Assembly: GCA_035943485.1 (NCBI GenBank) | Contig: DASZCC010000427.1 | Span: forward strand, 6,460 to 70,459 | Direction: 5' to 3' | Source: Rhizomicrobium sp. | GTDB lineage: Bacteria; Pseudomonadota; Alphaproteobacteria; Micropepsales; Micropepsaceae | DNA length: 64,000 nt | Shown: in pieces, positions 32,103 to 43,267 of the stretch | Position numbering within the stretch: position 1 is the stretch's first letter | How the letters are laid out: each line of letters starts with the position of its first letter | Notes under the pieces: model-generated | Told to the model about the DNA's origin: nothing | Database searches by the model: none | The model's input: only the letters and a program-made list of their open reading frames with translations | Program-made: the position numbers and the translations under genes

Positions 32103-32645
32103 ATGATACCGCGCCTCGAAACCAATCGCCTCATCCTGCGCGAATGGCGCCCCGATGATTTCGAAGACTATGCGGCGATGTGTGCCGACAAGGAGGTCAT
32201 GCACTTCCTCGGCGGCGTGCAGGAGCGCGGCGATGCCTGGCGCAGCATGGCGGGCTCGATCGGCCACTGGCACATGCGCGGCTACGGGATGTGGGTGGTG
32301 ACGGACAAGACGGATGGAAGCTTCCTCGGCCGCATCGGTCTTGTTAATCCCGAAGGCTGGCCGTCGCTGGAAGTCGGATGGGGGCTTGTGAGTCGCGCGC
32401 AAGGCAAAGGCTACGCGACCGAAGCGGCTGGTGCCGCGATGCGTTACGGATTCCTGACGCAGCCGGTGGACAAGCTGATCTCGTCGATCGATCCGGACAA
32501 TGTCGCCTCACAAGCTGTGGCGAAGCGGCTGGGTGAAACGAAGGGCGAGCGCACCTATCTGCGCATCCGCGGCGAGGAATTTCCGGTCGATATCTGGTCG
32601 ATCACGCGCGGCGAATGGCAGCGTCGCGACGCGGCGGGAATCTGA
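32103..32645 (+). CDS. GNAT (RimJ/RimL-like) N-acetyltransferase
   Basis: LETNRLILR, EVGW, QGKGYATEA, NVASQAVAKRLG. Confidence 0.9.
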   Translation: MIPRLETNRLILREWRPDDFEDYAAMCADKEVMHFLGGVQERGDAWRSMAGSIGHWHMRGYGMWVVTDKTDGSFLGRIGLVNPEGWPSLEVGWGLVSRAQGKGYATEAAGAAMRYGFLTQPVDKLISSIDPDNVASQAVAKRLGETKGERTYLRIRGEEFPVDIWSITRGEWQRRDAAGI

Positions 32646-32660
32646 TATAGCTCGCCACAG

Positions 32661-33905
32661 ATGTCGGACGTGACGCCCACGGTCTATCAGGACCGCGATT
32701 TCCAACTCTTTGCAGCTGCGCGCTTTCTCGCGACCATTGCCATGCAGGTGCAGTCGGTGGCGATCGGCTGGCAGATCTACAGCATCACGCATTCGACCTT
32801 CGCGCTCGGACTAGTCGGTCTCTGCCAGTTCGCGCCGATGTTCCTGCTCACGCTTCCGGCCGGCGATATCGCCGATCGGTTCGACCAGCGCCGCATCGTC
32901 AGCACCGCGCAGGCGACGCAAGGTCTGTGCGGCGCGCTGTTTCTGATCCTTTCGCTGACCGGCACGCATGCCATCTGGCCGTTCTATGCTGTGCTTGTGC
33001 TGTTCGGCGCGGCGCGCGGCTTCTACGGCCCCGCCTCGCAATCGCTTCTGCCGTTTCTTGTGCCGGCCGAGAAACTGCCGCGCGCCATCGCGCTCAGCTC
33101 GTCGGTGTTCACGACTGCCACGATCGCCGGACCGGCCATCGGCGGTTTCCTCTACGCACTTGGCCCTGTCTTCACATACAGCGTTTCGGTGAGCTGTTTC
33201 GTCGGCGCATCGCTTTGCATGATCGCGCTCGGCGGGCGCAGGCGGCCCAAGCATGTCGATACCGGCGCGACGCGGCTGGAGCGTGTGGCCGAAGGTGTGC
33301 GCTTCGTAAGGCGGCGCCCGGTCGTGCTGGGCGCAATCTCGCTCGATCTGTTCGCCGTGCTGCTCGGCGGCGCGACGGCGCTGCTGCCGGTCTATGCGCG
33401 CGACATCCTGCATACCGGACCGTTGGGCCTCGGCTTCCTGCGCAGCGGGCCGGCAATCGGCGCGGCGATCATGGCGTTCAGCCTGGCCCGCTGGCCAATC
33501 AGACGGCACACCGGCATCACGATGTTCGCCGCGGTTGCGATCTTCGGCATCGCTACGATCATTTTCGGCATCTCGAAAAGCTTTCCGATCTCGCTCGCGG
33601 CGCTCGTGACGCTTGGCGCAACCGATATGATCAGCGTGTTCATCCGCTCCGCCCTGATCCAGTACGCGACGCCCGACGAGATGCGCGGCCGCGTCAGCGC
33701 CGTGAACATGCTGTTCATCGGCGCCTCGAACGAGATGGGCGAGTTTGAATCCGGTGTGACGGCTGGCTGGTTCGGCACCGTGCCCGCCGTGATCCTGGGC
33801 GGTGTCGGCACGCTGCTGGTGGTTGCGATCTGGATGGGTGTGTTTCCGCCGCTGCGCAAGATCGATCGCCTGGCGGATGCGAGCAGGGAGCCTGTGGCGG
33901 CTTAA
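32661..33905 (+). CDS. MFS transporter (DHA3/EntS-like)
   Basis: About 12 TM segments; GDIADRFDQRR, LDLFAVLLGG, PDEMRGRV. Confidence 0.9.
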   Translation: MSDVTPTVYQDRDFQLFAAARFLATIAMQVQSVAIGWQIYSITHSTFALGLVGLCQFAPMFLLTLPAGDIADRFDQRRIVSTAQATQGLCGALFLILSLTGTHAIWPFYAVLVLFGAARGFYGPASQSLLPFLVPAEKLPRAIALSSSVFTTATIAGPAIGGFLYALGPVFTYSVSVSCFVGASLCMIALGGRRRPKHVDTGATRLERVAEGVRFVRRRPVVLGAISLDLFAVLLGGATALLPVYARDILHTGPLGLGFLRSGPAIGAAIMAFSLARWPIRRHTGITMFAAVAIFGIATIIFGISKSFPISLAALVTLGATDMISVFIRSALIQYATPDEMRGRVSAVNMLFIGASNEMGEFESGVTAGWFGTVPAVILGGVGTLLVVAIWMGVFPPLRKIDRLADASREPVAA

Positions 33906-33924
33906 CCTCTTCCACACCATGTAG

Positions 33925-34036
33925 CTTGTCATCCCGGACAAGCGATGCGTCAGCATCGCGCCGATCCGGGACCCATCGTCAAGCGTGGGAATGGGTCCCG
34001 GATAGTCTCGCTGCGCGAGCCTTCCGGGATGACAGC
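33925..34036. repeat. Palindromic intergenic repeat (TGTCATCCCGG family), copy 2
   Basis: Reverse complement aligns end to end with 8225-8336 with only scattered substitutions. Confidence 0.88.
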
Positions 34037-34104
34037 GGTGCGAAGATGGATGACAGGCGGTTCGTTTTCACCGAAACTCCCGTTCAAACAGGGGCAGGAA
34101 GCAC

Positions 34105-34731
34105 ATGGGTCTGAAAGTCATCGGCGCCGGATTCGGCCGCACGGGTACGAAATCGTTGCAGGAAGGCCTGCAGATGCTCGGCTTCTCGCCGTGCCATCAC
34201 ATGTACGAAGTCATCATGAACCCGGAGCAGGTGCCGTTCTGGGATCGCGCCGCGCGTGGCGAGCGCATGAATTGGGACGATGTCTTCGCGCGCTATCAGG
34301 CGTCATGCGACTGGCCGAGCTGCACGTTCTACAAGGAGCTTGCCGACTACTATCCGGACGCGAAGGTGATCCTGTCGCTGCGCGATCCGAAGTCCTGGTA
34401 CAAAAGCGTCAACAGCACGATCATCGGCTCGATGAAAAAGCCCGACGCCGGTGGGCGTCCTGGTCTGCCGGGCACGTTCGGTCCACTGCTGCTCGGCGAA
34501 AAGACCTTCGGCAACGATTTCAGCGAAGCGCACATGATCGACGTCTATGAGCGCCACAACGCCGAGGTGCAGCGTGTCATCCCGGCCGACCGCCTTCTTG
34601 TGTTCGAGGCGAAGCAGGGCTGGGCGCCGTTGTGCAAGTTTCTTGGCGTGCCGGTGCCCTCAACGCCATATCCGAACGTGAACTCGACCGAAGAATTCCA
34701 GGCAAGGATCAAGGCGCGAGGCGCGAGCTAG
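34105..34731 (+). CDS. Sulfotransferase-fold (P-loop) family protein
   Basis: VIGAGFGRTGTKSL, CHHM, DWP, RDPKSWYKS, GWAPLCKFLG, PNVN. Confidence 0.85.
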   Translation: MGLKVIGAGFGRTGTKSLQEGLQMLGFSPCHHMYEVIMNPEQVPFWDRAARGERMNWDDVFARYQASCDWPSCTFYKELADYYPDAKVILSLRDPKSWYKSVNSTIIGSMKKPDAGGRPGLPGTFGPLLLGEKTFGNDFSEAHMIDVYERHNAEVQRVIPADRLLVFEAKQGWAPLCKFLGVPVPSTPYPNVNSTEEFQARIKARGAS

Positions 34732-35267
34732 AAGTTCATGCTCGCGTGGATGAACGCGCCGTCTGGCGTTGCGTAGAGATCGGAGTAGATCTCGAAGCGG
34801 CGATGATAGCGCGACGTGAAGATTTGGCTGTAGCCCCACGCCATGCCCGCGCTCGCCGCCACGTCATACCAGTGATGCTTCTTCGCATCGACGCGGCTGT
34901 ATCCTACAAACGCGGCCGCGGCATACGCCGGCACGCCGTACTCCCAGCCATAGCGATCCCACAGAAACGCCGCCGGTGCGAACGCCAGTGCCGCCGTATC
35001 GGACGGGAAGGACTGATCGTCCGAACCGTCCGGACGCTCCTCATGTATGAGGTGCTTTAGGCCGTAAGCCGTACCCACCGTCGCGCCGGTGTCGAGCACC
35101 AGCTGGCCGACACCATTCCAGTCCTGATCATGCGCAAGGGCGATGCCTCCTGCGATGATCGGCATGGCGATCGCAACATCGGTTCCGGCATTCTCGATGC
35201 CGCTGGCCCAGGCCGGCGTAATCGCCGCCAGCAAAAGTATCGTTCCCCAAAGCGCTTGTCGCATCAT
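34728..35267 (-). CDS. PAP2 family phosphatase
   Basis: KHLIHEERPD, SFPSD (D where H is usual), SRVDAKKHHWYDV. Confidence 0.82.
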   Translation of the reverse strand: MMRQALWGTILLLAAITPAWASGIENAGTDVAIAMPIIAGGIALAHDQDWNGVGQLVLDTGATVGTAYGLKHLIHEERPDGSDDQSFPSDTAALAFAPAAFLWDRYGWEYGVPAYAAAAFVGYSRVDAKKHHWYDVAASAGMAWGYSQIFTSRYHRRFEIYSDLYATPDGAFIHASMNF

Positions 35268-35365
35268 CGTCGCAATAGACGGTACCGCTCGCAGAGGGTC
35301 AAGCGCGCGGCATCGACGGTTCCCGCGAACCTGCTATGAATGCTGGATAAAACAGGGGAATCGGG

Positions 35366-36607
35366 ATGGCGGCGCTCGACGCATTCAGGGGTTGGACCAG
35401 CGCGCAGAAGCATGTCGTGACGGCGAGCTTTCTTGGCTGGACGCTCGATGCGTTCGACTTCTTCCTCATGGTGTTCGTCATCAAGGACGTGGCGCATGAT
35501 TTCGGCGCCGGCAAATCCGACATCGCGTGGGCGACGGCACTGACGCTTGCGCTGCGTCCGCTCGGCGCCTTCCTGTTCGGCCGGCTCGCGGATCGCTTCG
35601 GCCGCCGGCCGGTACTGATGGCCGACGTCGCGCTCTATTCGGTGCTGGGTTTTGCCACGGCATTCTCGCCGAACCTGATCGTGTTCCTGATCATCCGCGC
35701 GCTGTTCGGCATCGCGATGGGCGGCGAGTGGGGCACCGGCGCGTCGCTCACCATGGAGACGGTGAAGCCCGAAGCGCGCGGGCTGGTGTCGGGGCTTCTG
35801 CAATCCGGCTATCCGACGGGCTACCTGCTGGCCTCGATCGTCTATCGCAATTTCTATGAATCCTTTGGCACGTGGTTTGGCATCGCGCCGTGGCGCTGCA
35901 TGTTCCTGATCGGAATCGTTCCGGCGCTGCTGATCCTCTATATCCGCCGCCATGTGCCGGAATCGCCCGGCTGGTCGACCGACCATGCGCGCACCGGCAC
36001 GGTGTTCAACGTGCTGCGGCGGCACTGGGCGCTCGCGATCTACGCCATCGTCCTGATGACGGCGTTCAACTTCTTCAGCCACGGCACGCAGGACGCCTAT
36101 CCGACCTTCCTGCAGGTGCAGCACAAGTTCGACGCCCATACGACGGGCAATATCGCGATCATCTACAATATCGGCGCGATCCTCGGCGGCTGGGTGTTCG
36201 GCATCTGGAGCCAGACCTTCGGACGGCGGCGGACGATCATCGTGGCCGCGCTGTTGTCGATCCCGGTGGCTTATCTCTGGGCCTATTCGGAGACCGCGAC
36301 GATGCTCGCGATCGGCGCCTTCCTGATGCAGTTCTTCGTGCAGGGCGCGTGGGGCGTGATACCGGCGCATCTGAACGAGCTGTCGCCACCGGATGCGCGC
36401 GGCACCTTCCCTGGGACCGTCTACCAGCTCGGCAATTTCATCGCGTCGTACAATCTTGTCCTTCAGACCAAGATTGCGGCCGCGAGCCACGAGAACTACT
36501 CGCTGGCGCTGGCAGGCGTGGCAGTCACGGCGGCGGTGGTGATCGCAGTCCTCACCGGCCTTGGCCGCGAGGCACGCGAGATCGATCTGACGGCGAAACC
36601 GGTCTAG
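35366..36607 (+). CDS. MFS carboxylate/sialate:H+ symporter family (JEN/NanT-like)
   Basis: GWTLDAFDFF, GRLADRFGRR, MGGEWG, NFFSHGTQD.YPTF, YQLGN. Confidence 0.88.
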   Translation: MAALDAFRGWTSAQKHVVTASFLGWTLDAFDFFLMVFVIKDVAHDFGAGKSDIAWATALTLALRPLGAFLFGRLADRFGRRPVLMADVALYSVLGFATAFSPNLIVFLIIRALFGIAMGGEWGTGASLTMETVKPEARGLVSGLLQSGYPTGYLLASIVYRNFYESFGTWFGIAPWRCMFLIGIVPALLILYIRRHVPESPGWSTDHARTGTVFNVLRRHWALAIYAIVLMTAFNFFSHGTQDAYPTFLQVQHKFDAHTTGNIAIIYNIGAILGGWVFGIWSQTFGRRRTIIVAALLSIPVAYLWAYSETATMLAIGAFLMQFFVQGAWGVIPAHLNELSPPDARGTFPGTVYQLGNFIASYNLVLQTKIAAASHENYSLALAGVAVTAAVVIAVLTGLGREAREIDLTAKPV

Positions 36608-37533
36608 GCGCGCAGGAAGACGTCGACGCGATCCAACGCGCCGGAATCGGCGCCGCCCATCGCACGCACGTCGATCTTCTCCGACGGGATGCCGTCCTCG
36701 ATCAGCAGCTCGCGCACGACCAGCGCGCGCTTGAGCGACAGGCGGCGCGAGTCCGACGACTTGTCGCCGCGCGGGCCGCCATAGGCCTCAAGCTCGACCT
36801 TGGCCGAACCGCTGCTCAACGCGCTGTTCAGCGATGCGGCCAGACCGTGGATCACATTTACGTCCGACGCCGCAGGGCTCGTGTCGCCCGCAGCGAAAGA
36901 GATGACTGTCTGCCGCTTCAGGCCGGCCTGTGACGCGGGCGACGGTCCGGTCGCGGCAGGCGGCGGCGTCGCGCGGGCTGTTCGCGTTGGAGCAGGCGCA
37001 GGAGCTGCGCTGGGATCGAACGAGAACGGCACGGTCCCTGACGTATCGGCCGGAGCCGGCGCCGGAGCAGCAGCAGCCGCTGCGGGCGGCGGTGTGCTGG
37101 CGACACGGCGAGGCTTCACAGGTTTCGCGGCGGGTGGCGGAGGCGGAGCTGCTGCAGCCACACCGCCATCGCTCACCAGGCGACCGGCACTATCTTCCGG
37201 CATCGCGCTCGGACCAGCTTGATAGACCGGTGCGGCCGGCGCCAGTGCTGGCGCTGCAGTCGCTACCTTCGGCGCGCGTGGCTTGCGGACAACAGCCGTC
37301 ACCACGTGACGATGCGTCGGCATGTGGAGGTGGATGATCGTGCCGGGCTTCTCGCCGGGCTGCAGCAGGCCGCCGACATAGCGGCCCGACTGGCCACCGG
37401 GATACAGCACATAGCCGCCACCGCTCGCGCCGCCGACATTCGCGGTCACGCTGTCGTCGGGATAGCTCTGCGCCATTGCAGACAGGGGCGTCGCAAGAAA
37501 GAGCAGGGCGCCGATAGCGCTGGCTTTTTTCAT
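36604..37533 (-). CDS. Secreted Pro/Ala-rich protein with C-terminal OmpA-like domain
   Basis: Signal peptide MKKASAIGALLFL; long P/A linker; RRLSLKRALVVRELL and DRVDV OmpA-like motifs. Confidence 0.75.
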   Translation of the reverse strand: MKKASAIGALLFLATPLSAMAQSYPDDSVTANVGGASGGGYVLYPGGQSGRYVGGLLQPGEKPGTIIHLHMPTHRHVVTAVVRKPRAPKVATAAPALAPAAPVYQAGPSAMPEDSAGRLVSDGGVAAAAPPPPPAAKPVKPRRVASTPPPAAAAAAPAPAPADTSGTVPFSFDPSAAPAPAPTRTARATPPPAATGPSPASQAGLKRQTVISFAAGDTSPAASDVNVIHGLAASLNSALSSGSAKVELEAYGGPRGDKSSDSRRLSLKRALVVRELLIEDGIPSEKIDVRAMGGADSGALDRVDVFLRA

Positions 37534-37601
37534 TCGTTCTCGACTCGTGCCCAAACGCCGGAATCCAGCGGCGCAGACCTTAAAGGCCGCGGCGACAGCC
37601 C

Positions 37602-38402
37602 TCAACCCTTTGCGGCGTCTTTCAAAAGCTTGAGGACCTGGGGATGCAACACCTCATTCGAGGCGAGAATTTGGCCGTTCTCCAGCATCTTCGCCCCGCC
37701 TGAAAGATCGGTAACGACACCGCCAGCCTCGCGCACCAGTAGGATGCCCGCCGCCATGTCCCAGGGCGACAACTGCCGCTCCCAATAGGCGTCGAAGCGG
37801 CCGGCGGCGACATAGGCGAGATCCAGGCTCGCCGCACCGAAGCGGCGCACACCGGTCGTGAGCGCCATCGCCGCGCTCAGCTCGGAGGCGAACTCGGCGT
37901 GATCGCCGTGGCCAAGGAACGGGATGCCGGTTGCCAGCAAGGTCTCGGACATCTTTTTCCGTCCGGCAACACGCAGGCGCTTCTCGTTCAGCAGTGCGCC
38001 CTTGTTCTTCTCGGCGGTGAACATCTCGTCGGTCACGGGGTTGTAGACCACGGCCGAGACCAGCTGCCCCTCACGCTCCAGCCCGATCGAAATCGCGAAG
38101 TGCGGGATGCCGTGCAGGAAGTTTGTCGTGCCGTCGATCGGATCGATGATGAAGCGATGCGTCTTGTCGGTGCCCGCGATCTCGCCGGTCTCTTCGGTGA
38201 GGAAGCAATAGGCCGGACGCGCGCGCTGCAGCTCCTCGATCAGCATCGCCTCGGTGCGCTTGTCGGCGCTGGTGACGAAATCCGCGGGGCCTTTCATCGA
38301 GACTTGCAGGTTTTCGATTTCGCCGTAGTCGCGGATCAGTTTGCGGCCGGCCTTGCGCGCGGCCGCGACCATGACGGTGAGCGCGGGTGAAATGTATGCC
38401 AT
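37602..38402 (-). CDS. suhB: Inositol monophosphatase family protein SuhB
   Basis: DFVTSAD, IIDPIDGTTNF, WDMAAG. Confidence 0.92.
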   Translation of the reverse strand: MAYISPALTVMVAAARKAGRKLIRDYGEIENLQVSMKGPADFVTSADKRTEAMLIEELQRARPAYCFLTEETGEIAGTDKTHRFIIDPIDGTTNFLHGIPHFAISIGLEREGQLVSAVVYNPVTDEMFTAEKNKGALLNEKRLRVAGRKKMSETLLATGIPFLGHGDHAEFASELSAAMALTTGVRRFGAASLDLAYVAAGRFDAYWERQLSPWDMAAGILLVREAGGVVTDLSGGAKMLENGQILASNEVLHPQVLKLLKDAAKG

Positions 38403-38969
38403 CTACTCGGCCCTGCGGACGTAGGAACCATCTTCGGTCGACACGACGATCTTGGTGCCTTGTTCGACGAAGGGCGGGACCTGGATGCTCATGCCGTTCT
38501 CGAGCTTGGCGCCCTTATAGGATGGGGCCGCCGTACCGCCGCGCATTACGGGATCGGCCTCGACGACTTCAAGCGTCACCTGCGCCGGCAATTTGATGGA
38601 GATCGGACGGCCTTCGTAGAGCTGCAGCATCACCTTCATGCCGTCGACGAGATATTGCGTCTGATCGCCGACCCAGTCGCTCTGCAGTTCGATCTGGTCG
38701 TAGGTCTCGACGTCCATGAAGGTCAGCATGTCGCCGCTGGCAAACAGGAAGCTGAAATCCTTCTTGTCGAGATAGATTTCGTCCACCGCCTCGTCGGAGC
38801 GGAAGCGCTGGTTCAGCTTGGTGCCGACGATGATGTTTTTCAGTTCGACCTGGTTGTAGGCGCCTCCCTTGCCGGGCTTCACCTTCTGCGTCTTGACCGC
38901 GACCCACAGCCCGCCGTCGAACTCGATCAGGGTGCCGGGACTGATTTCGTTGCCGGTGATCTTGGCCAT
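38403..38969 (-). CDS. efp: Elongation factor P
   Basis: KPGKGGA loop, [20 protein letters not shown]. Confidence 0.96.
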   Translation of the reverse strand: MAKITGNEISPGTLIEFDGGLWVAVKTQKVKPGKGGAYNQVELKNIIVGTKLNQRFRSDEAVDEIYLDKKDFSFLFASGDMLTFMDVETYDQIELQSDWVGDQTQYLVDGMKVMLQLYEGRPISIKLPAQVTLEVVEADPVMRGGTAAPSYKGAKLENGMSIQVPPFVEQGTKIVVSTEDGSYVRRAE

Positions 38970-39066
38970 GGACAGCAAGCGCCTCCTTCGGCGCGGTTTT
39001 TCAGGTTCGAACTGAGAAAGAGCGCGCGGGTTCTAGCAAAGCGGGCAGGGCGGCGCAAACCGCGCT

Positions 39067-39396
39067 TCACGCCGGATTTTCGGGCACCTGGAAGGCAAAG
39101 AAGCGGCCGCGCGACACGGGATCCCAGCCGGCTTCCATCGCCTGTTTTATTGCGGCTTCGATCAGGTGCGGCTGGATGCGTTCCTTCTCGCGCTGCGCCC
39201 ATCCTGCCTTGTTCATTGGGAAGGGGAATTCGAGGATCAGTTCGCGGAACGTCTTGTGGCCTTGCGTCTGCACACTGAAAGCCATGCCCTTGTAGCCGTC
39301 ATTCGTCGTGAATTTCGCTTCGCGCAGCAGCGACCATTCCAGCTCGTGGCCATCGATCATCACTTTGCCCGTGGCAGTCCGCTTCCGCGCTTTCAT
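39067..39396 (-). CDS. Hypothetical protein
   Basis: ATGA-coupled to thiE; globular composition; ends [15 protein letters not shown]. Confidence 0.65.
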   Translation of the reverse strand: MKARKRTATGKVMIDGHELEWSLLREAKFTTNDGYKGMAFSVQTQGHKTFRELILEFPFPMNKAGWAQREKERIQPHLIEAAIKQAMEAGWDPVSRGRFFAFQVPENPA

Positions 39397-40025
39397 CGCT
39401 TGCCCTTCATGAGCGCGTCAAACGCCTTCACCGCGGCCGCTGGTCCGTCTTTGTAGTCCCAGACGCCGGCCGACACGGCAAGGAAATCGGCGCCGGCTTC
39501 CACCAATGGCTTCGCGTTATCCACGGTGATGCCGCCGATGGCGACGACCGGTACAGTCATCATCTCCGCCCACCACTGCAGCGTTTCGATGTCGGCGCGC
39601 GTCTTTGGTTCTTTTGTAGCCGTTGGAAAGAATGCACCGAAGGCGACGTAGTCCGCACCTGCTTCAGCCGCATCGATCGCGAGGTGACGCGAGTCATGAC
39701 AGGTGACGCCCACGATCGCGTCGCGGCCGACCGCGGCGCGCGCGTCGTCATAGCTCGCATCCTCCTGGCCGACATGCACGCCGTCACAGCGTAGCTCTGC
39801 CGCGAGATCCGGCCGATCATTGAGAATGAACGCGACACCCGCGCGCTGCGCGATGGGCATCAGGATGTCGGTCGCCTGGCGGATGGCGTCGTCCGGCACG
39901 TCCTTCAGCCGCAGCTGCAGCGACGCGACGTCGCCGCCGTCGAGCGCGCGCTTCAGCGTCTCGCCGAACGCGCGCGTCTCAAGCTTGGGCGGCGTGATCA
40001 GATAGAGGCGGCAGCGTTCGCTCAC
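39393..40025 (-). CDS. thiE: Thiamine-phosphate synthase
   Basis: [37 protein letters not shown]. Confidence 0.95.
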   Translation of the reverse strand: MSERCRLYLITPPKLETRAFGETLKRALDGGDVASLQLRLKDVPDDAIRQATDILMPIAQRAGVAFILNDRPDLAAELRCDGVHVGQEDASYDDARAAVGRDAIVGVTCHDSRHLAIDAAEAGADYVAFGAFFPTATKEPKTRADIETLQWWAEMMTVPVVAIGGITVDNAKPLVEAGADFLAVSAGVWDYKDGPAAAVKAFDALMKGKR

Positions 40026-41041
40026 GCCGCCTTCTTTTCATCGGCCGCCGACCATTCGCCGAGGGCGGCGAGGCTGTTCATGCGCGCGCGATGCAGGAAG
40101 GCGTGCTGGCCCTTAGCGACGTTCTCCGCCTTGCCGGCCCATGCGGCCTGCGGCGCGGCCTGGAGCGCACGGCCATAGGAGAAGGTCAGCGCCCACGGGA
40201 GATCATGGCGTGCATTCATCGCCGACAGATGCGCCGTGGCGTCTTCGTCCGACTGTCCGCCGGACAGGAACGCGATGCCCGGCACGGCGGAGGGGCAGCA
40301 GCGCTTCAGGATCTTCACGGTGCGGTCGGCGACTTCATCGACGCTCGCCTGCTTGGCGCACTTCATTCCCGGGACGATCATGTTCGGCTTGAGAATGATG
40401 CCTTCGAGCTGCACGCCGGCATAGTAGAGCTGCTGGAACGTGTCCTTCAGCACCCACTCGGTCACGGCCTCGCAGGTCTCGATCGTGTTGTCGTAGTCCA
40501 TCAGCACTTCGGGCTCGACGATCGGCACGATGCCGTTCTCCTGCGCCAGCGCCGCATAGCGCGCGAGTGCCTGGGCGTTCGCATTGATGCAGTTGTAGGT
40601 CGTCGCACGCGGATCATAGGTCGCGCGCCATTTCGCGAAGCGGGCGCCGAGCTTGTGATACTCGACAAACCGTTCGCGCAAGCCGTCGAGTCCTTCGGTG
40701 ACCGTCTCGCCTTTCGACAGCGCCAGCGGCTTGGCGCCGGCATCGACCTTGATGCCCGGAACAGCGCCGGCATCTTCGATCAGCTTGACCAGCGGCGTGC
40801 CGTCCTTGGCCTTCTGGCGGATCGTCTCGTCGAACAGGATGACGCCGCCGATATAGCTTTCCATCGCGTCCTTGGTGCGGAACAGCATCTCGCGATAGTC
40901 GCGGCGATTCTCCTCGGTGTTCTGCACGCCGATCTTGTCGAAGCGCTTCTGGATCGTGCCGGTGGATTCATCCGCCGCGAGCAGGCCCTTGCCCTTGGCC
41001 GTCATCTTGCGCGCGATGGCGTTCAGTTCGTCGAGGTTCAT
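40022..41041 (-). CDS. Fructose-bisphosphate aldolase, class I
   Basis: [21 protein letters not shown], Schiff-base [20 protein letters not shown]. Confidence 0.95.
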   Translation of the reverse strand: MNLDELNAIARKMTAKGKGLLAADESTGTIQKRFDKIGVQNTEENRRDYREMLFRTKDAMESYIGGVILFDETIRQKAKDGTPLVKLIEDAGAVPGIKVDAGAKPLALSKGETVTEGLDGLRERFVEYHKLGARFAKWRATYDPRATTYNCINANAQALARYAALAQENGIVPIVEPEVLMDYDNTIETCEAVTEWVLKDTFQQLYYAGVQLEGIILKPNMIVPGMKCAKQASVDEVADRTVKILKRCCPSAVPGIAFLSGGQSDEDATAHLSAMNARHDLPWALTFSYGRALQAAPQAAWAGKAENVAKGQHAFLHRARMNSLAALGEWSAADEKKAA

Positions 41042-41043
41042 TG

Positions 41044-42246
41044 CTACTTTCCCGTGTGCAGTAGGGCCGCCACTCCGGGCAGCTCCCGTCCTTCAAGCCA
41101 TTCTAGGAATGCGCCGCCCGCAGTCGAGACATAAGAGAAGTCATCGGCAACGCCAGCGTGATTGAGGGCGGCCACCGTGTCGCCACCGCCTGCGACGGAC
41201 AGGAGGTTCCCGGCCTTTGTCGCCGCCGCCACCAGTTTCGCCGCGCCGACTGTGCCGCGGTCGAAAGGCGCGGTTTCAAAGGCGCCGAACGGGCCGTTCC
41301 AGACAAGCGTGCGTGTTCCCGCGAGGCGCTTGCCGAAATCCTCGATACTGGCGGGGCCGACATCCAGGATCATCTCGTCCGGAGCGGTCTTGTCGACAGC
41401 CGCCGTGCGATGCGGTGCATTGGCCTTGAATTCCTTCGCCAGAACCGCATCGACCGGCAGGAGAATGGTGGCGCCGTGTTTGGCGGCGAGGCGCACGACA
41501 TTGCGCGCCGTCTCCATGTGATCCTTCTCGTAGAGCGACTTGCCGACATCAATGCCTTGCGCGGCGAGGAACGTGTTCGCCATCGCGCCGCCGATCACCA
41601 GCGTGTCGACGCGCTGCACGAGGTTCTCCAGCAGCGCGATCTTGGTGGAAACCTTCGCGCCGCCGATGACCGCCATCACCGGGCGTTTCGGATCGCCCAG
41701 CGCCTTGTTGAGATGGGTCAGTTCCTTTTCCATCGAGCGGCCCGCGGCGCTAGGCAGCAGATGCGCGATCGCCTCTGTCGTGGCATGCGCGCGATGGGCG
41801 GCGGAGAATGCGTCGTTGACGAAGATATCGCCCAGCGCTGCAACAGCTTTCGCGTAGGCGGGGTCGTTCTTCTCCTCGCCCGCATGGAAGCGTGTGTTTT
41901 CCAGCAGCAGGACATCGCCGTTCTTGAGCTTGTCGACGGCGGCCTTCGCGACGTCGCCCGCGCTGTCTTCCGCGAATGCCACTGGCTTGCCGAGCGCCTT
42001 CGCTAGCGCCGCCGCAACAGGTTTCAGCGACATCGACGGCACGACCTTGCCCTTCGGCCGGTCAAAGTGGGAGAGCACGATCACCTTGGCGCCTTTGTCC
42101 GCAAGCTCGCGGATGGTCGGCGCCTGGCGTTCGATGCGGACGACGTCGGTGACGACGCCATCCTTCATCGGCACATTCAGATCGGCGCGCACAAGCACGC
42201 GCTTTCCTGCGACATCCAGGTCGCCGATCGTACGGAACACGGTCAT
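41044..42246 (-). CDS. pgk: Phosphoglycerate kinase
   Basis: [37 protein letters not shown]. Confidence 0.97.
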   Translation of the reverse strand: MTVFRTIGDLDVAGKRVLVRADLNVPMKDGVVTDVVRIERQAPTIRELADKGAKVIVLSHFDRPKGKVVPSMSLKPVAAALAKALGKPVAFAEDSAGDVAKAAVDKLKNGDVLLLENTRFHAGEEKNDPAYAKAVAALGDIFVNDAFSAAHRAHATTEAIAHLLPSAAGRSMEKELTHLNKALGDPKRPVMAVIGGAKVSTKIALLENLVQRVDTLVIGGAMANTFLAAQGIDVGKSLYEKDHMETARNVVRLAAKHGATILLPVDAVLAKEFKANAPHRTAAVDKTAPDEMILDVGPASIEDFGKRLAGTRTLVWNGPFGAFETAPFDRGTVGAAKLVAAATKAGNLLSVAGGGDTVAALNHAGVADDFSYVSTAGGAFLEWLEGRELPGVAALLHTGK

Positions 42247-43253
42247 CAGATCAGCTTGCCGAGCGCCACTGCCGTATCGGCCATGCGGTTCGAGAAGCCC
42301 CACTCATTGTCGTACCAGCTCATGACGCTGACGAACGTGCCGTCCATCACCTTGGTCTGGTCGAGCGCGAACGACGACGACGCGGGATTGTGGTTGAAGT
42401 CGCTGGAGACCAGCGGCGCATCGACGATATCGAGGATGCCCTTAAGCGCACCGGCCGACGCGGCCTTGATCGCATTGTTCACCTCGTCGACCGTCGTAGC
42501 GCGCTTGGCCACGAACTTCAGGTCGACCAGCGAGACGTTTGGTGTCGGCACGCGGACCGACACGCCGTCGAGCTTGCCCTTGAGCTCCGGCAGCACGAGG
42601 CCAACGGCCTTGGCGGCACCCGTCGATGTCGGGATCATCGACAGCGCCGCGGCACGGGCGCGATAGAGGTCCTTGTGCATCGTGTCGAGCGTCGGCTGGT
42701 CGCCAGTGTAGGAATGGATCGTCGTCATGAAGCCGTGCTGGATGCCGATCGCATCGTTCAGCACCTTCGCCACCGGAACAAGGCAGTTCGTGGTGCACGA
42801 CGCGTTGGAGACGATGATGTGCTCCTTGGTCAGCTTGTCGTTGTTGATGCCATAGACGACCGTCATGTCGACGCCGTCCGCAGGCGCGGAGATCAGCACG
42901 CGCTTTGCGCCGGCCTTCAGATGGGCGCTCGCCTTTTCCTTCGTGGTGAACAGGCCGGTGCATTCGAGCGCGACGTCGACGTCGAGCTCCTTGTGCGGCA
43001 GCTCAGCGGGATCGCGGATCGCAGTGGCGCGGATCTTGTGGCCCGCCGCGATGATGTAGTCGCCATCGACCGTGACGTTTGCGGGGAATTTGCCGTGGAC
43101 GGAGTCATAGCGCAGCAGATGCGCATTGGTCTCGATCGGACCGAGGTCGTTCAACGCCACAACTTCGATATCGCGCCGTCCGCTCTCGACGATTGCGCGC
43201 AAAACCAGACGTCCGATGCGGCCGAAGCCGTTGATCGCAACGCGAATAGCCAT
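42246..43253 (-). CDS. gap: Glyceraldehyde-3-phosphate dehydrogenase
   Basis: [23 protein letters not shown]. Confidence 0.98.
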   Translation of the reverse strand: MAIRVAINGFGRIGRLVLRAIVESGRRDIEVVALNDLGPIETNAHLLRYDSVHGKFPANVTVDGDYIIAAGHKIRATAIRDPAELPHKELDVDVALECTGLFTTKEKASAHLKAGAKRVLISAPADGVDMTVVYGINNDKLTKEHIIVSNASCTTNCLVPVAKVLNDAIGIQHGFMTTIHSYTGDQPTLDTMHKDLYRARAAALSMIPTSTGAAKAVGLVLPELKGKLDGVSVRVPTPNVSLVDLKFVAKRATTVDEVNNAIKAASAGALKGILDIVDAPLVSSDFNHNPASSSFALDQTKVMDGTFVSVMSWYDNEWGFSNRMADTAVALGKLI

Positions 43254-43267
43254 TTCCTTCGTACTCC

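Noticed and set aside
40022-41041. Eukaryote-like class I aldolase as a recent horizontal transfer
   Set aside because: This type is widespread in alphaproteobacteria and sits in its usual tkt-gap-pgk-fba context with host-like codon usage.
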